DNA from: Eubacteriales bacterium
GTDB taxonomy: Bacteria; Bacillota; Clostridia; Oscillospirales; CAG-272
Assembly (NCBI GenBank): GCA_045126815.1
Contig: JBGVPD010000071.1
Location: 1 to 60,351, forward strand
DNA: 60,351 bases
Direction: 5' to 3'
A program made the position numbers and the translations under genes. Shown here piece after piece: positions 9,650 through 20,092 of this stretch. The notes beneath the pieces are model-generated. The model saw nothing but the letters and a program-made list of their open reading frames with translations. It had not been told where the DNA came from and ran no database searches. The first letter of the stretch is position 1. Every line of letters starts with the position of its first letter.

Positions 9650-9870
9650 TGTAATTCTCCTTGTAAATTTCACACAGAAAAAGCAATATGGTTCAAACGA
9701 TGCTTTTTTTGTGTTTGGGTTTTACAATATGAGTATTGACGGTATTGCGAAAAATATGAAAGGTAATAATTGGTTTATTATAATTATACTAATTTATTGA
9801 CAAAAATCGATTATTTTTGTATAATATTCGTATGTGTTTGTTTTTATTTTTAAACTAATGGGAGAATTAT

Positions 9871-11955
9871 ATGATGTTTGACTTTGGTCAAAATAGAATA
9901 AAAAGAGCGATACTGACAGTGTTGCTCGTGGTAGTCTTTCTGTTGGTGTTTGTGCTTACGGCATTTGGTGAAGAGATCCATACGACTGTTCAAAATTCGG
10001 TAACTGACAAGCCCGAATCAACTTTGGCGCAGACACAGAATACTTTGCCTGATGATACAGATGAGAACACGAAAGCGCCCGAAACAACAAAGGCGCCCGA
10101 AACAACAAAGGCGCCTGAGACAACGAAGGCGCCCGAAACGACAAAGGCACCCGAGACAACAAAGGCCCCCGAAACAACGAAGGCTCCTGAAACGACAAAA
10201 GCGCCCGAGACAACGAAGGCACCCGAAACGACAAAGGCACCCGAAACAACGGAAAAACCTCCGGCAGTTGACGAGCCTACCGAAGAACCTTTTGATTTTG
10301 AGAAATACTTAACAGAACAAAAATTCCCCGAAAGCTATAAGGCACAGCTTCGAGAGTTACATAAAAAATATCCCTCATGGGTATTTAAGGCACACCATAC
10401 AGGGTTTGAATTTGACTATGCCGTATCACAACAGCTTGATAAGAGTTTGGTTGAAAACACGTTCCCGTCATCATGGAAATCTGTTGAAGACGGAGCATAT
10501 AACTGGGAGAATAATACCTGGAAGATATACGACGGAGACAGATGGGTACGTGCTTCAAAGGATATTATAAAACATTATATGGATCCGAGAAACTTCCTTG
10601 ATGAAAATGCGATCTTTCAGTTTTTAGATCAGAGTTACGATCCTGAAATTCAAAATATAGACGGTATAAAGAAAATATTAGCCGGAACGTTTATGGAAAA
10701 AGATATTACCGATACCGACGGCAAGGTATTGAATTATGCTCAAGCTTTATTTAATGCGGGAGCATTATACAAAGTTAACCCTTACGTTTTATCGTCTATG
10801 ATCTTGATAGAAGTAGGAAGCCAGGGATCAACGATAATATCCGGAAAAGTTGCAGGATATGAAGGGTATTTTAACTACTTTAATATAGGAGCATATACAG
10901 CAAACGGAATGAATCCCGTACAGAGAGGGCTTTGGTACGCAAAAGGCGGTAACGCGGGAAGTACGTCGTATCTTCGTCCTTGGAATACACGTCTTAAAGC
11001 TATAAACGGCGGAGCTATGTTTTATGCCGAGGGATATTTAAACGTTGGACAGAATACGCTTTATCTGAAAAGATTTAACGTTCAGGGAAAAAATCCGTTT
11101 ACGCACCAGTATATGACGTCTATTTACGGACCTGCCGTTGAGGCAACAAAGTTGGCGAACGGATATTCGGAAGAAATTCGCAAAACTGCATTGTCTTTTT
11201 ATATCCCCGTATTTGATAAAATGCCCGAAAAGCCGTGTGGAAAGCCGACGCTTGACGGTTCACCTAATATGAAGTTATCAGCTTTGGGCGTTGAAGGATA
11301 TTCTCTGACACCTGATTTTGACCCCGATGTTTTGGAATACATGCTTGTTATTCCGCCTAACGTCGGAACGATAAATATTATGACGACCGTTATGGAAAAA
11401 TCAGCGAAAGTGGCAGGCGCAGGGCAGGTATCTGTTGTTGGAGACAACAATACTTTTGAAATAAAAGTAACAGCCGGAAACGGTGACGTAAGAGTATATA
11501 AATTAAAAGTAGCAAAAGAAAACTCGGCAGATTTCGGTAGCGTAAAATTCACCGAGAAATTTAAGGTGAATAAGAAACTTGTGTCCGGCTTATCTCCTAA
11601 CACGTCCGTACAGAATTTCCAAAAGGCATTTATTACAGAAGGAAGTATAAAGGTTAAGGGAAGTGACGGGGCGTATAAGTCTGCTAATAAGGCAATAACG
11701 ACCGGAGATAAAATAGAGGTTTATAGCACGAAAGGTATGATTTACGACACTTATACCGCAGCAGTTAAGGGTGATATAGACGGAGACGGCAACGTAAACG
11801 TAGGCGACCTATTGAAAGTAAGAAACAAGATGCTGGGAACAGGAACTCTTACTGACGTACAGATGCTGTGCGCGGATATAGACGGAGACGGTGCTATAAA
11901 CATAGGAGACCTTTTAAAGATAAGAAACCACACCTTAGGAACAAAGTTGCTCTGA
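9871..11955 (+). CDS. Secreted LytD-like glucosaminidase with TKAPET linker, cadherin-like beta-sandwich and C-terminal type I dockerin
   Basis: Signal peptide; YMDPRNFL, YFNYFNIGA, QNTLY, HQYMT motifs; duplicated GDIDGDGNVNVGDL / ADIDGDGAINIGDL Ca-binding repeats. Confidence 0.85.
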   Translation: MMFDFGQNRIKRAILTVLLVVVFLLVFVLTAFGEEIHTTVQNSVTDKPESTLAQTQNTLPDDTDENTKAPETTKAPETTKAPETTKAPETTKAPETTKAPETTKAPETTKAPETTKAPETTKAPETTEKPPAVDEPTEEPFDFEKYLTEQKFPESYKAQLRELHKKYPSWVFKAHHTGFEFDYAVSQQLDKSLVENTFPSSWKSVEDGAYNWENNTWKIYDGDRWVRASKDIIKHYMDPRNFLDENAIFQFLDQSYDPEIQNIDGIKKILAGTFMEKDITDTDGKVLNYAQALFNAGALYKVNPYVLSSMILIEVGSQGSTIISGKVAGYEGYFNYFNIGAYTANGMNPVQRGLWYAKGGNAGSTSYLRPWNTRLKAINGGAMFYAEGYLNVGQNTLYLKRFNVQGKNPFTHQYMTSIYGPAVEATKLANGYSEEIRKTALSFYIPVFDKMPEKPCGKPTLDGSPNMKLSALGVEGYSLTPDFDPDVLEYMLVIPPNVGTINIMTTVMEKSAKVAGAGQVSVVGDNNTFEIKVTAGNGDVRVYKLKVAKENSADFGSVKFTEKFKVNKKLVSGLSPNTSVQNFQKAFITEGSIKVKGSDGAYKSANKAITTGDKIEVYSTKGMIYDTYTAAVKGDIDGDGNVNVGDLLKVRNKMLGTGTLTDVQMLCADIDGDGAINIGDLLKIRNHTLGTKLL
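10069..10248 (+). repeat. 10 x 18-bp coding tandem repeat (TKAPET)
   Basis: ACRAARGCNCCYGARACR x10, varying only at synonymous positions. Confidence 0.95.
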
Positions 11956-11970
11956 TAAACAGGAGGGTTT

Positions 11971-13407
11971 ATGAATAAGAAATTATTATATGTGTTAGCT
12001 GTCATTATGACGGTATGTATGATAGCGGTATCAATGGCTTTAACAGCTTCGGCGGCTTCGGCATCGCTTTGGTTTACCGATCCGACGGTAACTGTCGGAA
12101 ACAATGTCAGCGTTGTTGTTGACGTTAAGGGTGACAACATAGGTGGACACCAGATGAATATTACGTACGATACGTCATATTTACAGTTTGTATCGGCAAC
12201 CGGAAGTACAAACTGGTTTTCGGGTAAGGATAACGGAGGAGTTATCAACGTATCCGATATGGCAAATTCGGGTTCCGTTTCAAAGATGAGTTTTACACTT
12301 ACTTTCAAAACGAAAAAAACGGGAACGACAAAGCTCACTCCTTCGGGATACAAGTTTTTTGACGGCGGCGGTGATGAAATAGCTTATGGGGCTATCGGTT
12401 ATTCGGAGATAAAGATCAAGCCCGTTCCCGAAGCTTCATCGGATGCAACGCTTAAAGGCTTGACCATAAGCAACGGTACTTTGACACCTGCATTTTCACC
12501 CAACACAACGAACTATACTGCAACCGTAGATTTTTCAATTTCATCAATTGCGGTTACGGCGCTGAAGAACCATAACGGCGCGTCTGTTTACGTCAGCGGT
12601 AACGATTCGCTTGAAGAGGGAGATAATGCCGTTACGATCACAGTTACAGCCGAAAACGGTGCAAAGAAGATTTATACGATTAAAGTGACCAGAGGAAAAA
12701 ACCCTCTTTCAACAGGTGTATTTTTGACTCTTGGCGAGGGATTGTCGGCAGAGGTTGCAAAGACAATCAACGAGAGTGACGTTCCAAAGGGATTTAACGT
12801 TGTTACGATAAAACTTAACGGGGTAGAAGTAAACGCGATAAAATATGACGAAAACGCTAAGGCTGCCGTTTATTTGTTGGGAAATGATAAAGTAAAGAGC
12901 GGTTTTTACTATGTGAATGAAACAGATTTGACCGCTGAAAGTTTTGAATATTTAGGACAAGTTCAATCGTCTCTTACATATCTTGATATAAATCTTGTTG
13001 AAGCTCCCGAAGGATATGAAGTGGGTGTTTTCAAGATTGGAGATAAAGACAGAAACGTGCTTGTACCTAAGGGTGCGGAAGTTCCCAACCATTGTCTTGT
13101 ATATGCAATAGGTGCTATGGGACAGAAGATGCTTTATATGTATGATCCTGTTGAAGGAACATTCCAGAGATACAGTTTTGCTGAAATGGGAAAAGCTGAG
13201 GAAGAAACAACAGTTCCCGTGACGGACGAAACGACTGATGCACCTGCTAAGGAAACACAACCCAAAGAAACCTCTCCCAAAGATACTGAAGAACAAAAAG
13301 ACAATACAAGCTCGAACGATATATTCAAGTGGATATTCGTGGGAGTAGCGGCGCTTATTGTAGTTTTGATTGCAGTTGCATTGGTTCTCAACTCTAAATA
13401 TAATTAA
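11971..13407 (+). CDS. Membrane-anchored cohesin-domain protein with cadherin-like beta-sandwich
   Basis: Signal peptide; cohesin-like TVTVGNNVSVVVDV...ITYDTSYLQFVS...TLTFK; SSDATLKGL..LTPAFSP..TVTAENG; T/E/P linker and C-terminal TM. Confidence 0.75.
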   Translation: MNKKLLYVLAVIMTVCMIAVSMALTASAASASLWFTDPTVTVGNNVSVVVDVKGDNIGGHQMNITYDTSYLQFVSATGSTNWFSGKDNGGVINVSDMANSGSVSKMSFTLTFKTKKTGTTKLTPSGYKFFDGGGDEIAYGAIGYSEIKIKPVPEASSDATLKGLTISNGTLTPAFSPNTTNYTATVDFSISSIAVTALKNHNGASVYVSGNDSLEEGDNAVTITVTAENGAKKIYTIKVTRGKNPLSTGVFLTLGEGLSAEVAKTINESDVPKGFNVVTIKLNGVEVNAIKYDENAKAAVYLLGNDKVKSGFYYVNETDLTAESFEYLGQVQSSLTYLDINLVEAPEGYEVGVFKIGDKDRNVLVPKGAEVPNHCLVYAIGAMGQKMLYMYDPVEGTFQRYSFAEMGKAEEETTVPVTDETTDAPAKETQPKETSPKDTEEQKDNTSSNDIFKWIFVGVAALIVVLIAVALVLNSKYN

Positions 13408-13524
13408 AATAGAAAAAGCTTTCTCGTGTGAGAAGGCTTTTTTGTTGACAACTGTATGTTATGAGGTTATAATATTCTTGCACTATACCCATAATTAATG
13501 GGACAGTAGCAGGAGGATTATATT

Positions 13525-14136
13525 ATGTCAATTGAAAAAAACAAAAAGAAAACGCAAAGCATTGTTACAACTGCGCTGTTTGCGGCGATCATAGTCGTTT
13601 TACAGTTATTTGTGACACTTCCGCCCATTGGTAGCTTTTATATTACTTTATCGCTTGTACCGATAGTATTGGGAGCAGTGTTGTACGGACCTGTTCAGGG
13701 CGCTGTATTAGGGCTTGTATTGGGATTGTGCGTATCATATCAGGTTATTAATATGCCTGATCCGATGAGCGCATTGATGTTCCAACAGACTCCTTTTTTA
13801 ACAATTTTTCTTTGCCTTTTGAAAACCACCGTTGCAGGTTACGTTTCGGGATTGGTCTACAAACTTTTAAGCAAGAAAAATAAGTCTCTTGGAGTTATAA
13901 TAGCATCTGCATTGTGCCCGATTATTAATACCGGAATATTCTGTACAGCTCTTTTTACCGTGTATAACGGAATATTAAACGGACAAGCGGCAGCTGCAGG
14001 AAAGGCGTCCGGATTAGCTTTTGTGTTTGCATTTATTATTTTAACCAATTTTGTACCGGAATTTATCATAAACGTTCTTTTGTCACCCGTGATTGTAAGG
14101 GTGTCGGACGCTGTGTCAAAAATAATTAAGAAATAA
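13525..14136 (+). CDS. ECF transporter S component, probably pantothenate (PanT-like)
   Basis: Six-TM S-component pattern (ITLSLVPIVLGAVLYGP, NTGIF); adjacent to coaX. Confidence 0.75.
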   Translation: MSIEKNKKKTQSIVTTALFAAIIVVLQLFVTLPPIGSFYITLSLVPIVLGAVLYGPVQGAVLGLVLGLCVSYQVINMPDPMSALMFQQTPFLTIFLCLLKTTVAGYVSGLVYKLLSKKNKSLGVIIASALCPIINTGIFCTALFTVYNGILNGQAAAAGKASGLAFVFAFIILTNFVPEFIINVLLSPVIVRVSDAVSKIIKK

Positions 14137-14147
14137 GTGTAATTGTT

Positions 14148-14921
14148 ATGGTTTTAGCGATTAACGTCGGGAACACACATATTACGTTTGGACTTATTGA
14201 GTCGGGCGAAATATTAGATCCCGTTATGAATATAAAGACTGATATGAAACAAACTTCATTTGGATATGCGTCTGAAATGAAGCAGGTTCTTGAACTGTCA
14301 AATTTTGATATAAAAAAGATTGACGGTGCGATAATTTCATCCGTTGTCCCGCCTTTGACTAACATAATGAAAAAATGTGTAAAGCTTTTATCAAATGTTG
14401 AAGCGCTGGTCGTCGGAGTTGGAGTTAAGAGCGGTATACACATTTATACGGATGATCCGGGAACTGTGGCATCCGATCTTGTTGCAACTGCGGTGGGAGC
14501 AAAAGAGGCATATCCCTTACCTTGCGTAATTGTTGATATGGGTACTGCCGTAACGCTTACCGTTGTAGATGAAGAGGGAAGATTTACGGGAGGCGCATTT
14601 ATGCCGGGTATAAACCTTTCGTTAGGCGCTTTGGCGGAAGAAACGGCACTATTGCCCAGGATAGACGTTGCAAAACCGAAAAAAGCGATAGCTTCATCAA
14701 CCGTTGAATGTATAAGATCCGGTGTTGTATACGGATATGCGGGAGCTATTGACGGAATAATCGACAGATTTGCATCAGAACTTGGCAGAGAACCGCAAAC
14801 TGTTGTATCGACCGGAGGTATGGCAGATATTATTTGTTCCTATTCAAAGAGAAACGTTATTAAAGATGAAAACCTTTTGCTTAAAGGTTTGGGGATTATT
14901 TATAACAAGAACAAAAAATAA
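14148..14921 (+). CDS. coaX: Type III pantothenate kinase
   Basis: LAINVGNTHI, ISSVVP, IVDMGTA.T, TGG motifs. Confidence 0.92.
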   Translation: MVLAINVGNTHITFGLIESGEILDPVMNIKTDMKQTSFGYASEMKQVLELSNFDIKKIDGAIISSVVPPLTNIMKKCVKLLSNVEALVVGVGVKSGIHIYTDDPGTVASDLVATAVGAKEAYPLPCVIVDMGTAVTLTVVDEEGRFTGGAFMPGINLSLGALAEETALLPRIDVAKPKKAIASSTVECIRSGVVYGYAGAIDGIIDRFASELGREPQTVVSTGGMADIICSYSKRNVIKDENLLLKGLGIIYNKNKK

Positions 14922-14974
14922 AAGAAAAATAAAAAGTGTTACGTTTATTGAAAACTCGTAACACTTTTTTTGTT

Positions 14975-15652
14975 TTATAAAATTTGCTTTATCTCAAGCA
15001 GCGAGTTTACCGTATGATCGGGGGAGAGAGAATTAGGTTCGGGAAGATTATTGGGGTTAAACCATATGGTTTTTAAACCGTATTCTTTTCCGCCCCAAAT
15101 ATCCGCCGTCAACGAGTCGCCTATTATAACGATTTCGTTAGGTGTTATATTACCCATTTCTTTTAGACAACCGTCAAAAAATTCTTTAGCAGGTTTAAGT
15201 GCGCCCATTTTTTCAGATACGAATATTTTTTTGAAATATTTAAGCATATCTGATTGCGTCAGTCTTTTGTATTGGTGTTCATACGATGAATTAGTTGCCG
15301 CATACAGAGGGTATCTTTCGTGCAGATAATCCAGTAACTCATACGCATTGTCAACGGGTTCAGCGATACCTGACAACGTGCTTCTGAAAAGCTTTTCCAT
15401 TTCCATACCGTCGTATTGGATGTTTAATGCTTCGAGAATGGTTTTCCAACGGAGAGAATACATTTCTTGTTTTGTTATTTCGCGCCTTTCGATTCTTCGC
15501 CACAATTCTTCGTTTGTTTCTTGAAAGGTTTTACCGACGTTGTCGGTATATTCGAGTCCGCATAGAGGGAAGATTGTCTTTATGGCGCATTTTGCGCTTT
15601 TTATAAAATCAAGCAGTGTATCGTCAATATCAATCAATACAGCTTTAATCAT
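14975..15652 (-). CDS. YjjG-family HAD nucleotidase
   Basis: DIDDTLLDF, ATN, KP, IGDSLTADI.G. Confidence 0.9.
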   Translation of the reverse strand: MIKAVLIDIDDTLLDFIKSAKCAIKTIFPLCGLEYTDNVGKTFQETNEELWRRIERREITKQEMYSLRWKTILEALNIQYDGMEMEKLFRSTLSGIAEPVDNAYELLDYLHERYPLYAATNSSYEHQYKRLTQSDMLKYFKKIFVSEKMGALKPAKEFFDGCLKEMGNITPNEIVIIGDSLTADIWGGKEYGLKTIWFNPNNLPEPNSLSPDHTVNSLLEIKQIL

Positions 15653-15676
15653 AGAAAACACCTTTCTTAACAAAAT

Positions 15677-18031
15677 TTACGCGACACCTAACAATATAGC
15701 GACGGTTCTTACCAACAATGCCATAACCCAAGCTAACGCGCACTGACCTATCACCATAAAGAATGCCCATTTGCTTCCGAGCTCTCTTTTTACTGAAGCT
15801 ATTGCGGCTACACAAGGTGTGTAGAGCAGGCAGAATACGAGAAGAGAAATAACGGATGCAGGAGAAATGACTTCTTGTATAGCGGCTGTTGAGCCAAAAA
15901 GTACAGAAAGGGTAGATACAACGCTTTCTTTTGCCATAAAACCGGCAACGAGAGAGGTAACGACACGCCAATCACCAAAGCCGAGGAGAGCAAATGCGGG
16001 GGCGACAACTCCGGAAACGATAGCCAAAATGCTGTTTTTTGAATTTGTAACAACGTTAAGACCGAAGTCGAAAGTCTGCAAGAACCAAACCGCAATAGAA
16101 GCTATAAATATAACTGTAAATGCTCTTTCGATAAAGTCTTTAGCTTTATCCCAGAGAAGATGAGCCGTGTTTTTAACACCGGGCATACGGTAGTTCGGGA
16201 GTTCCATAACGAATGGAACGGCTTCGCCTTTGAATGCAGTTGTTTTTGAGATAAGTGCAACGCCTATACCAACTATTATGCCGAGAAAATACAGAGAGAC
16301 CATTATAAGACCGCTGTATTTAGGGAAGAATGCATTTGCAAAGAAACCGTAGATTGGCAGTTTTGCCGTACAGCTCATAAAGGGGGTAAGCATGATCGTC
16401 ATTTTTCTGTCGCGTTCGGAGGGCAGAGTTCTACTTGCCATAACACCGGGGACGGTACAACCGAAACCGATAAGCATAGGAACGATGCTTCTTCCCGACA
16501 GACCGATCTTGCGTAAGGGTTTATCCATAACAAATGCAACTCTTGCCATATAACCGCTGTCTTCAAGTAAAGAAAGGAATAAAAACAGAATTACTATAAT
16601 AGGAATAAAACTCAAAACGCTTCCGACACCGTTGAATATACCGTCGATAATCAAACTGTGTAAGACAGGGTTAACGTTTAAAGATGTTAAAGCAGCGTCC
16701 GTAATATCCGTAAGTTTACCGATACCGCCTTCGAGCAATTCTTGTAAGAAGGCGCCGAACACGTTAAACGTCAACCAGAATACAAGAGCCATAATGCCTA
16801 CAAAAGCAGGTAGAGCGGTATATTTTCCGGTTAAAATTTTATCGATTTTTCTGCTTCTTATGCGTTCTTTGCTTTCATGGGGTTTTACAACACATTCTTC
16901 GCAAAGTGTTTTTATAAATGTAAAACGCATGTCGGCTATAGCCGCGCTTCTGTCAAGTGAAGACTCTTCTTCGGCTTGAACGATTATGTGTTCTAAAGTT
17001 TCTTTTTCGTTTTGTGAGAGGTTTAGTGCATTGAGAATAATGTTATCCCCCTCGACGAGTTTACTTGCCGCAAAACGCGTAGGAATGTTTGCTTCTTCTG
17101 CGTGGTCTTCGATCAGGTGCATAATACTGTGGAGGCATCTGTGAACGGCTCCGCCTTTTACGCTTTTGTTGCAAAAATCGTACCTGCCGGGTTTTTCTTG
17201 ATATCTGGCAATATGTATAGCGTGTTTTATAAGTTCGTCGACACCTTCGTTTTTAGCAGCCGAAATAGGAACTACGGGTATACCCAGCATATCTTCCATT
17301 TCATTAATAAATATAGATCCACCGTTACCTTTAAGTTCATCCATCATATTAAGCGCAAGAACGGTAGGTATGCCAAGTTCAAGTAACTGCATTGTGAGAT
17401 ATAGGTTTCTTTCTATATTGGTGGCATCTACGATGTTTATTATACAATTGGGTTTTTCATTTATAATAAAGTCACGTGAAACGATTTCTTCGGAAGTGTA
17501 TGGTGAAAGTGAGTAAATACCGGGAAGGTCTGTTACAAGCGTGTTGGGGTGGTTTCTGATTTTTCCGTCTTTTCTGTCAACCGTAACACCGGGGAAGTTT
17601 CCGACATGCTGATTAGAACCTGTCAGCTGGTTAAAGAGCGTCGTCTTACCGCAGTTCTGGTTTCCCGCGAGAGCAAAAGTTAAAACTTTATCTTTCGGCA
17701 GAGGATTTTCGTCAGCTTTAGTGTGATACTTTCCGTCCTCGCCAAAACCGGGGTGGTGTTTTCTTTTTGGCGATATTTTGTTTTTGATTTTTTCTTTCGA
17801 GACGTCTTCGATCGGTTCGATCTCAATGTGAGATGCATCTTCAAGTCTCAGCGTTAATGAATAACCGTGAATTAAAAGTTCTACAGGATCTCCCATAGGA
17901 GCATACTGTACCACTTTTACCTCTGTTCCGGGAATAACGCCCATATCAAGAAAATGTTGTCTCAATGCGCCCTCTCCGCCAACAGACGTGATTTTTCCAT
18001 ACTTTCCGATTCCTAAATCCTTCAGTGTCAT
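15677..18031 (-). CDS. feoB: Ferrous iron transporter FeoB with N-terminally fused FeoA domain
   Basis: FeoA (LDMGVIPG..APMGDP) then GNQNCGKTT, DLPG, NMMD GTPase motifs and FeoB gate TM region. Confidence 0.95.
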   Translation of the reverse strand: MTLKDLGIGKYGKITSVGGEGALRQHFLDMGVIPGTEVKVVQYAPMGDPVELLIHGYSLTLRLEDASHIEIEPIEDVSKEKIKNKISPKRKHHPGFGEDGKYHTKADENPLPKDKVLTFALAGNQNCGKTTLFNQLTGSNQHVGNFPGVTVDRKDGKIRNHPNTLVTDLPGIYSLSPYTSEEIVSRDFIINEKPNCIINIVDATNIERNLYLTMQLLELGIPTVLALNMMDELKGNGGSIFINEMEDMLGIPVVPISAAKNEGVDELIKHAIHIARYQEKPGRYDFCNKSVKGGAVHRCLHSIMHLIEDHAEEANIPTRFAASKLVEGDNIILNALNLSQNEKETLEHIIVQAEEESSLDRSAAIADMRFTFIKTLCEECVVKPHESKERIRSRKIDKILTGKYTALPAFVGIMALVFWLTFNVFGAFLQELLEGGIGKLTDITDAALTSLNVNPVLHSLIIDGIFNGVGSVLSFIPIIVILFLFLSLLEDSGYMARVAFVMDKPLRKIGLSGRSIVPMLIGFGCTVPGVMASRTLPSERDRKMTIMLTPFMSCTAKLPIYGFFANAFFPKYSGLIMVSLYFLGIIVGIGVALISKTTAFKGEAVPFVMELPNYRMPGVKNTAHLLWDKAKDFIERAFTVIFIASIAVWFLQTFDFGLNVVTNSKNSILAIVSGVVAPAFALLGFGDWRVVTSLVAGFMAKESVVSTLSVLFGSTAAIQEVISPASVISLLVFCLLYTPCVAAIASVKRELGSKWAFFMVIGQCALAWVMALLVRTVAILLGVA

Positions 18032-18063
18032 AAAAATATCCTTTTCTAAACTTTAAAATAGTG

Positions 18064-18081
18064 AGTTAGCCTTTGCTAACT
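18064..18081. promoter_or_regulatory. DtxR/MntR-family metal repressor operator upstream of feoAB
   Basis: Palindrome AGTTAGC-CTTT-GCTAACT, similar to the DtxR box core GTTAG..CTAAC, ~35 bp upstream of the start. Confidence 0.7.
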
Positions 18082-18203
18082 GTGGTTATTTTAGCATCAA
18101 AAGAAAGCTTTGTCAAGAGAGGGAAATGTAAACAATTTGTAAAAAAACGAAAAGCTCTTGAAAAAATATACGTATAATGGTATAATTCTTAGGTATGAAA
18201 ATT

Positions 18204-18268
18204 CACACATACGGCTGACTTCGGTGCAATATCTAGAGGGCTGTATGGTGGAAATAACCGAAGGAGGA
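18204..18268 (+). promoter_or_regulatory. rpsB (S2) autoregulatory leader
   Basis: CACACATACGGC..TTCGGTGC..GCTGTATGGTGG..AACCGAAGGAGG; TTCGGT/ACCGAA pairing next to the SD. Confidence 0.6.
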
Positions 18269-18276
18269 CATTAAAA

Positions 18277-19020
18277 ATGTCAGTAATTACAATCAAACAA
18301 CTGCTTGAAGCAGGCGTCCATTTCGGACATCACACAAGAAGATGGAACCCTAAGATGGCTGAGTACATCTTCACAGAAAGAAACGGCATCTACATCATTG
18401 ACCTTCAGAAAACTGTAAAGAAGTTTGAAGAAGCTTATATGTTTGTACGTGACCTCGCAGCAGAAGGCGGCACAATGCTTTTTGTTGGAACAAAGAAACA
18501 GGCTGCATCTGCAATCAAAGAAGAAGCACAGAGATGCGGAATGTACTATGTAAACGTACGTTGGCCCGGCGGTATGCTTACCAACTACAAGACGATCAAC
18601 AAGTCAATCGAAAGACTTAACAACCTTCTTAAGATGCAGGAAGACGGAACATTTGATCTTCTTCCCAAGAAAGAAGTTGCAAAGAGAATGAAGGAAATTG
18701 CAGACCTTGAAAAGAACCTCGGCGGTATCAAAGATATGCCCGGACTTCCTTCATGCGTATTTATCGTAGACCCCCGCAAAGAAAGAAACGCAGTACTTGA
18801 AGCAAAGAAACTCGGTATTCCCGTAGTTGCAATCGTTGATACAAACTGCGACCCCGATGATGCAGATTATTTCATTCCCGGTAACGATGACGCTATTCGC
18901 GCTATCAAGCTCATTTCTTCAGTAATAGCAGACGCTATAATTGAAGGTAAACAGGGCGAACAGTTCGAAAGCGCTGTTGAAGAAATTGCCGAAGCAGAAG
19001 CAGAAGAAGCTGCAGAATAA
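18277..19020 (+). CDS. rpsB: 30S ribosomal protein S2
   Basis: [32 protein letters not shown]. Confidence 0.99.
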   Translation: MSVITIKQLLEAGVHFGHHTRRWNPKMAEYIFTERNGIYIIDLQKTVKKFEEAYMFVRDLAAEGGTMLFVGTKKQAASAIKEEAQRCGMYYVNVRWPGGMLTNYKTINKSIERLNNLLKMQEDGTFDLLPKKEVAKRMKEIADLEKNLGGIKDMPGLPSCVFIVDPRKERNAVLEAKKLGIPVVAIVDTNCDPDDADYFIPGNDDAIRAIKLISSVIADAIIEGKQGEQFESAVEEIAEAEAEEAAE

Positions 19021-19057
19021 TTAAAAAATAAAACTGAATAAATCGGAGGAAATAAAA

Positions 19058-19984
19058 ATGGCTACAATATCAGCAAAGGTCGTATCCGACCTCAGAGCAA
19101 AGACCGGTTGCGGAATGATGGACTGCAAAAAGGCATTGGTTGAAGCAAACGGTGATTTTGACGAAGCAATAAAAATATTGAGAGAAAAAGGACTTGCAGT
19201 TGCAGCAAAGAAGGCAGACAGAATTGCAGCAGAAGGTCTTGTTGACATTCTCGTTGAAGGCGAGAAGGCAGCTATGATCGAAGTTAACTGCGAAACAGAC
19301 TTCGTAGCAAAGAACGCAAGTTTCCAGGCTTTCGTAAAAGAAATCCTTAAGCTTATCATTGACAATCAGCCTGCAGATTTGGCAGCTCTTAATGCGCTTA
19401 CAATGGAAAGCGGTATGACAGTTGAAGCTGCATTGAAGGATAAGATCTTCCAGATCGGCGAAAATATGTCTATCCGTCGTTTCCTCACAGTTGAAGGAAC
19501 AATGAGTTCTTACATTCACGGCAAGGGAACAACAGGTGTTATCGTTAAGTTTGTAGCTGAAGATGCTGCAAAGAATAACGAAGGTTTTGCAGAAATGGCA
19601 AAGAATATTGCTCTTCAGGTAGCAGCATATCCCAACATTCAGTATGTTGACAGAGATGCAGTTCCTGCAACAGCAGTAGAAGAAGAAATGGCAATAATCA
19701 AGGCTCAGCTCAAGAATGATCCTAAGAACGCAAGTAAGCCCGATCAGATCCTTGAAAAGATCGCAACAGGTAAGCTCGGTAAGTTCTACGAAGCTAACTG
19801 CCTCACAGAAAATGCTTATGTTAAAGACGATTCTATGACAGTAGCAAAGTATGTTGAGTCATGCGCAAAGGCATTCGGCGGTTCTATTAAGATTGATTCG
19901 TTCTTCCGTTACGAAAAGGGCGAAGGTCTCCAGAAGAGAGAAGACAATCTTGGTGACGAAATCGCAAAGATGCTTAGCAAATAA
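19058..19984 (+). CDS. tsf: Elongation factor Ts
   Basis: LRAKTGCGMMDCKKAL, EVNCETDFVAKN; follows rpsB. Confidence 0.98.
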   Translation: MATISAKVVSDLRAKTGCGMMDCKKALVEANGDFDEAIKILREKGLAVAAKKADRIAAEGLVDILVEGEKAAMIEVNCETDFVAKNASFQAFVKEILKLIIDNQPADLAALNALTMESGMTVEAALKDKIFQIGENMSIRRFLTVEGTMSSYIHGKGTTGVIVKFVAEDAAKNNEGFAEMAKNIALQVAAYPNIQYVDRDAVPATAVEEEMAIIKAQLKNDPKNASKPDQILEKIATGKLGKFYEANCLTENAYVKDDSMTVAKYVESCAKAFGGSIKIDSFFRYEKGEGLQKREDNLGDEIAKMLSK

Positions 19985-20003
19985 TAGTTGAACACAACTG
20001 AAT

Positions 20004-20092
20004 ACTTGTCAGGGGTGCTGTAAAAAGCTGAGACGGTTATAAAAGTACCGAACCCTTAAAACCTGAAACGGATAATGCCGGCGTAGGAAGAA
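20004..20092 (+). ncRNA. TPP riboswitch
   Basis: AGGGGTGC..GCTGAGA..ACCCTTAAAACCTGA..GGATAATGCCGGCGTAGGAA; terminator at ~20105-20148; upstream of thiT. Confidence 0.93.

Noticed and set aside
9552-9800. Leu-rich plus-strand ORF
   Set aside because: Antisense shadow of the Asn-rich minus-strand ORF, which has the RBS and terminator.
10069-10248. 18-bp tandem repeat as CRISPR or non-coding repeat
   Set aside because: No spacers; it is an in-frame TKAPET linker with only synonymous variation. The overlapping ORFs 9956-10249 and 10052-10312 are shadows.
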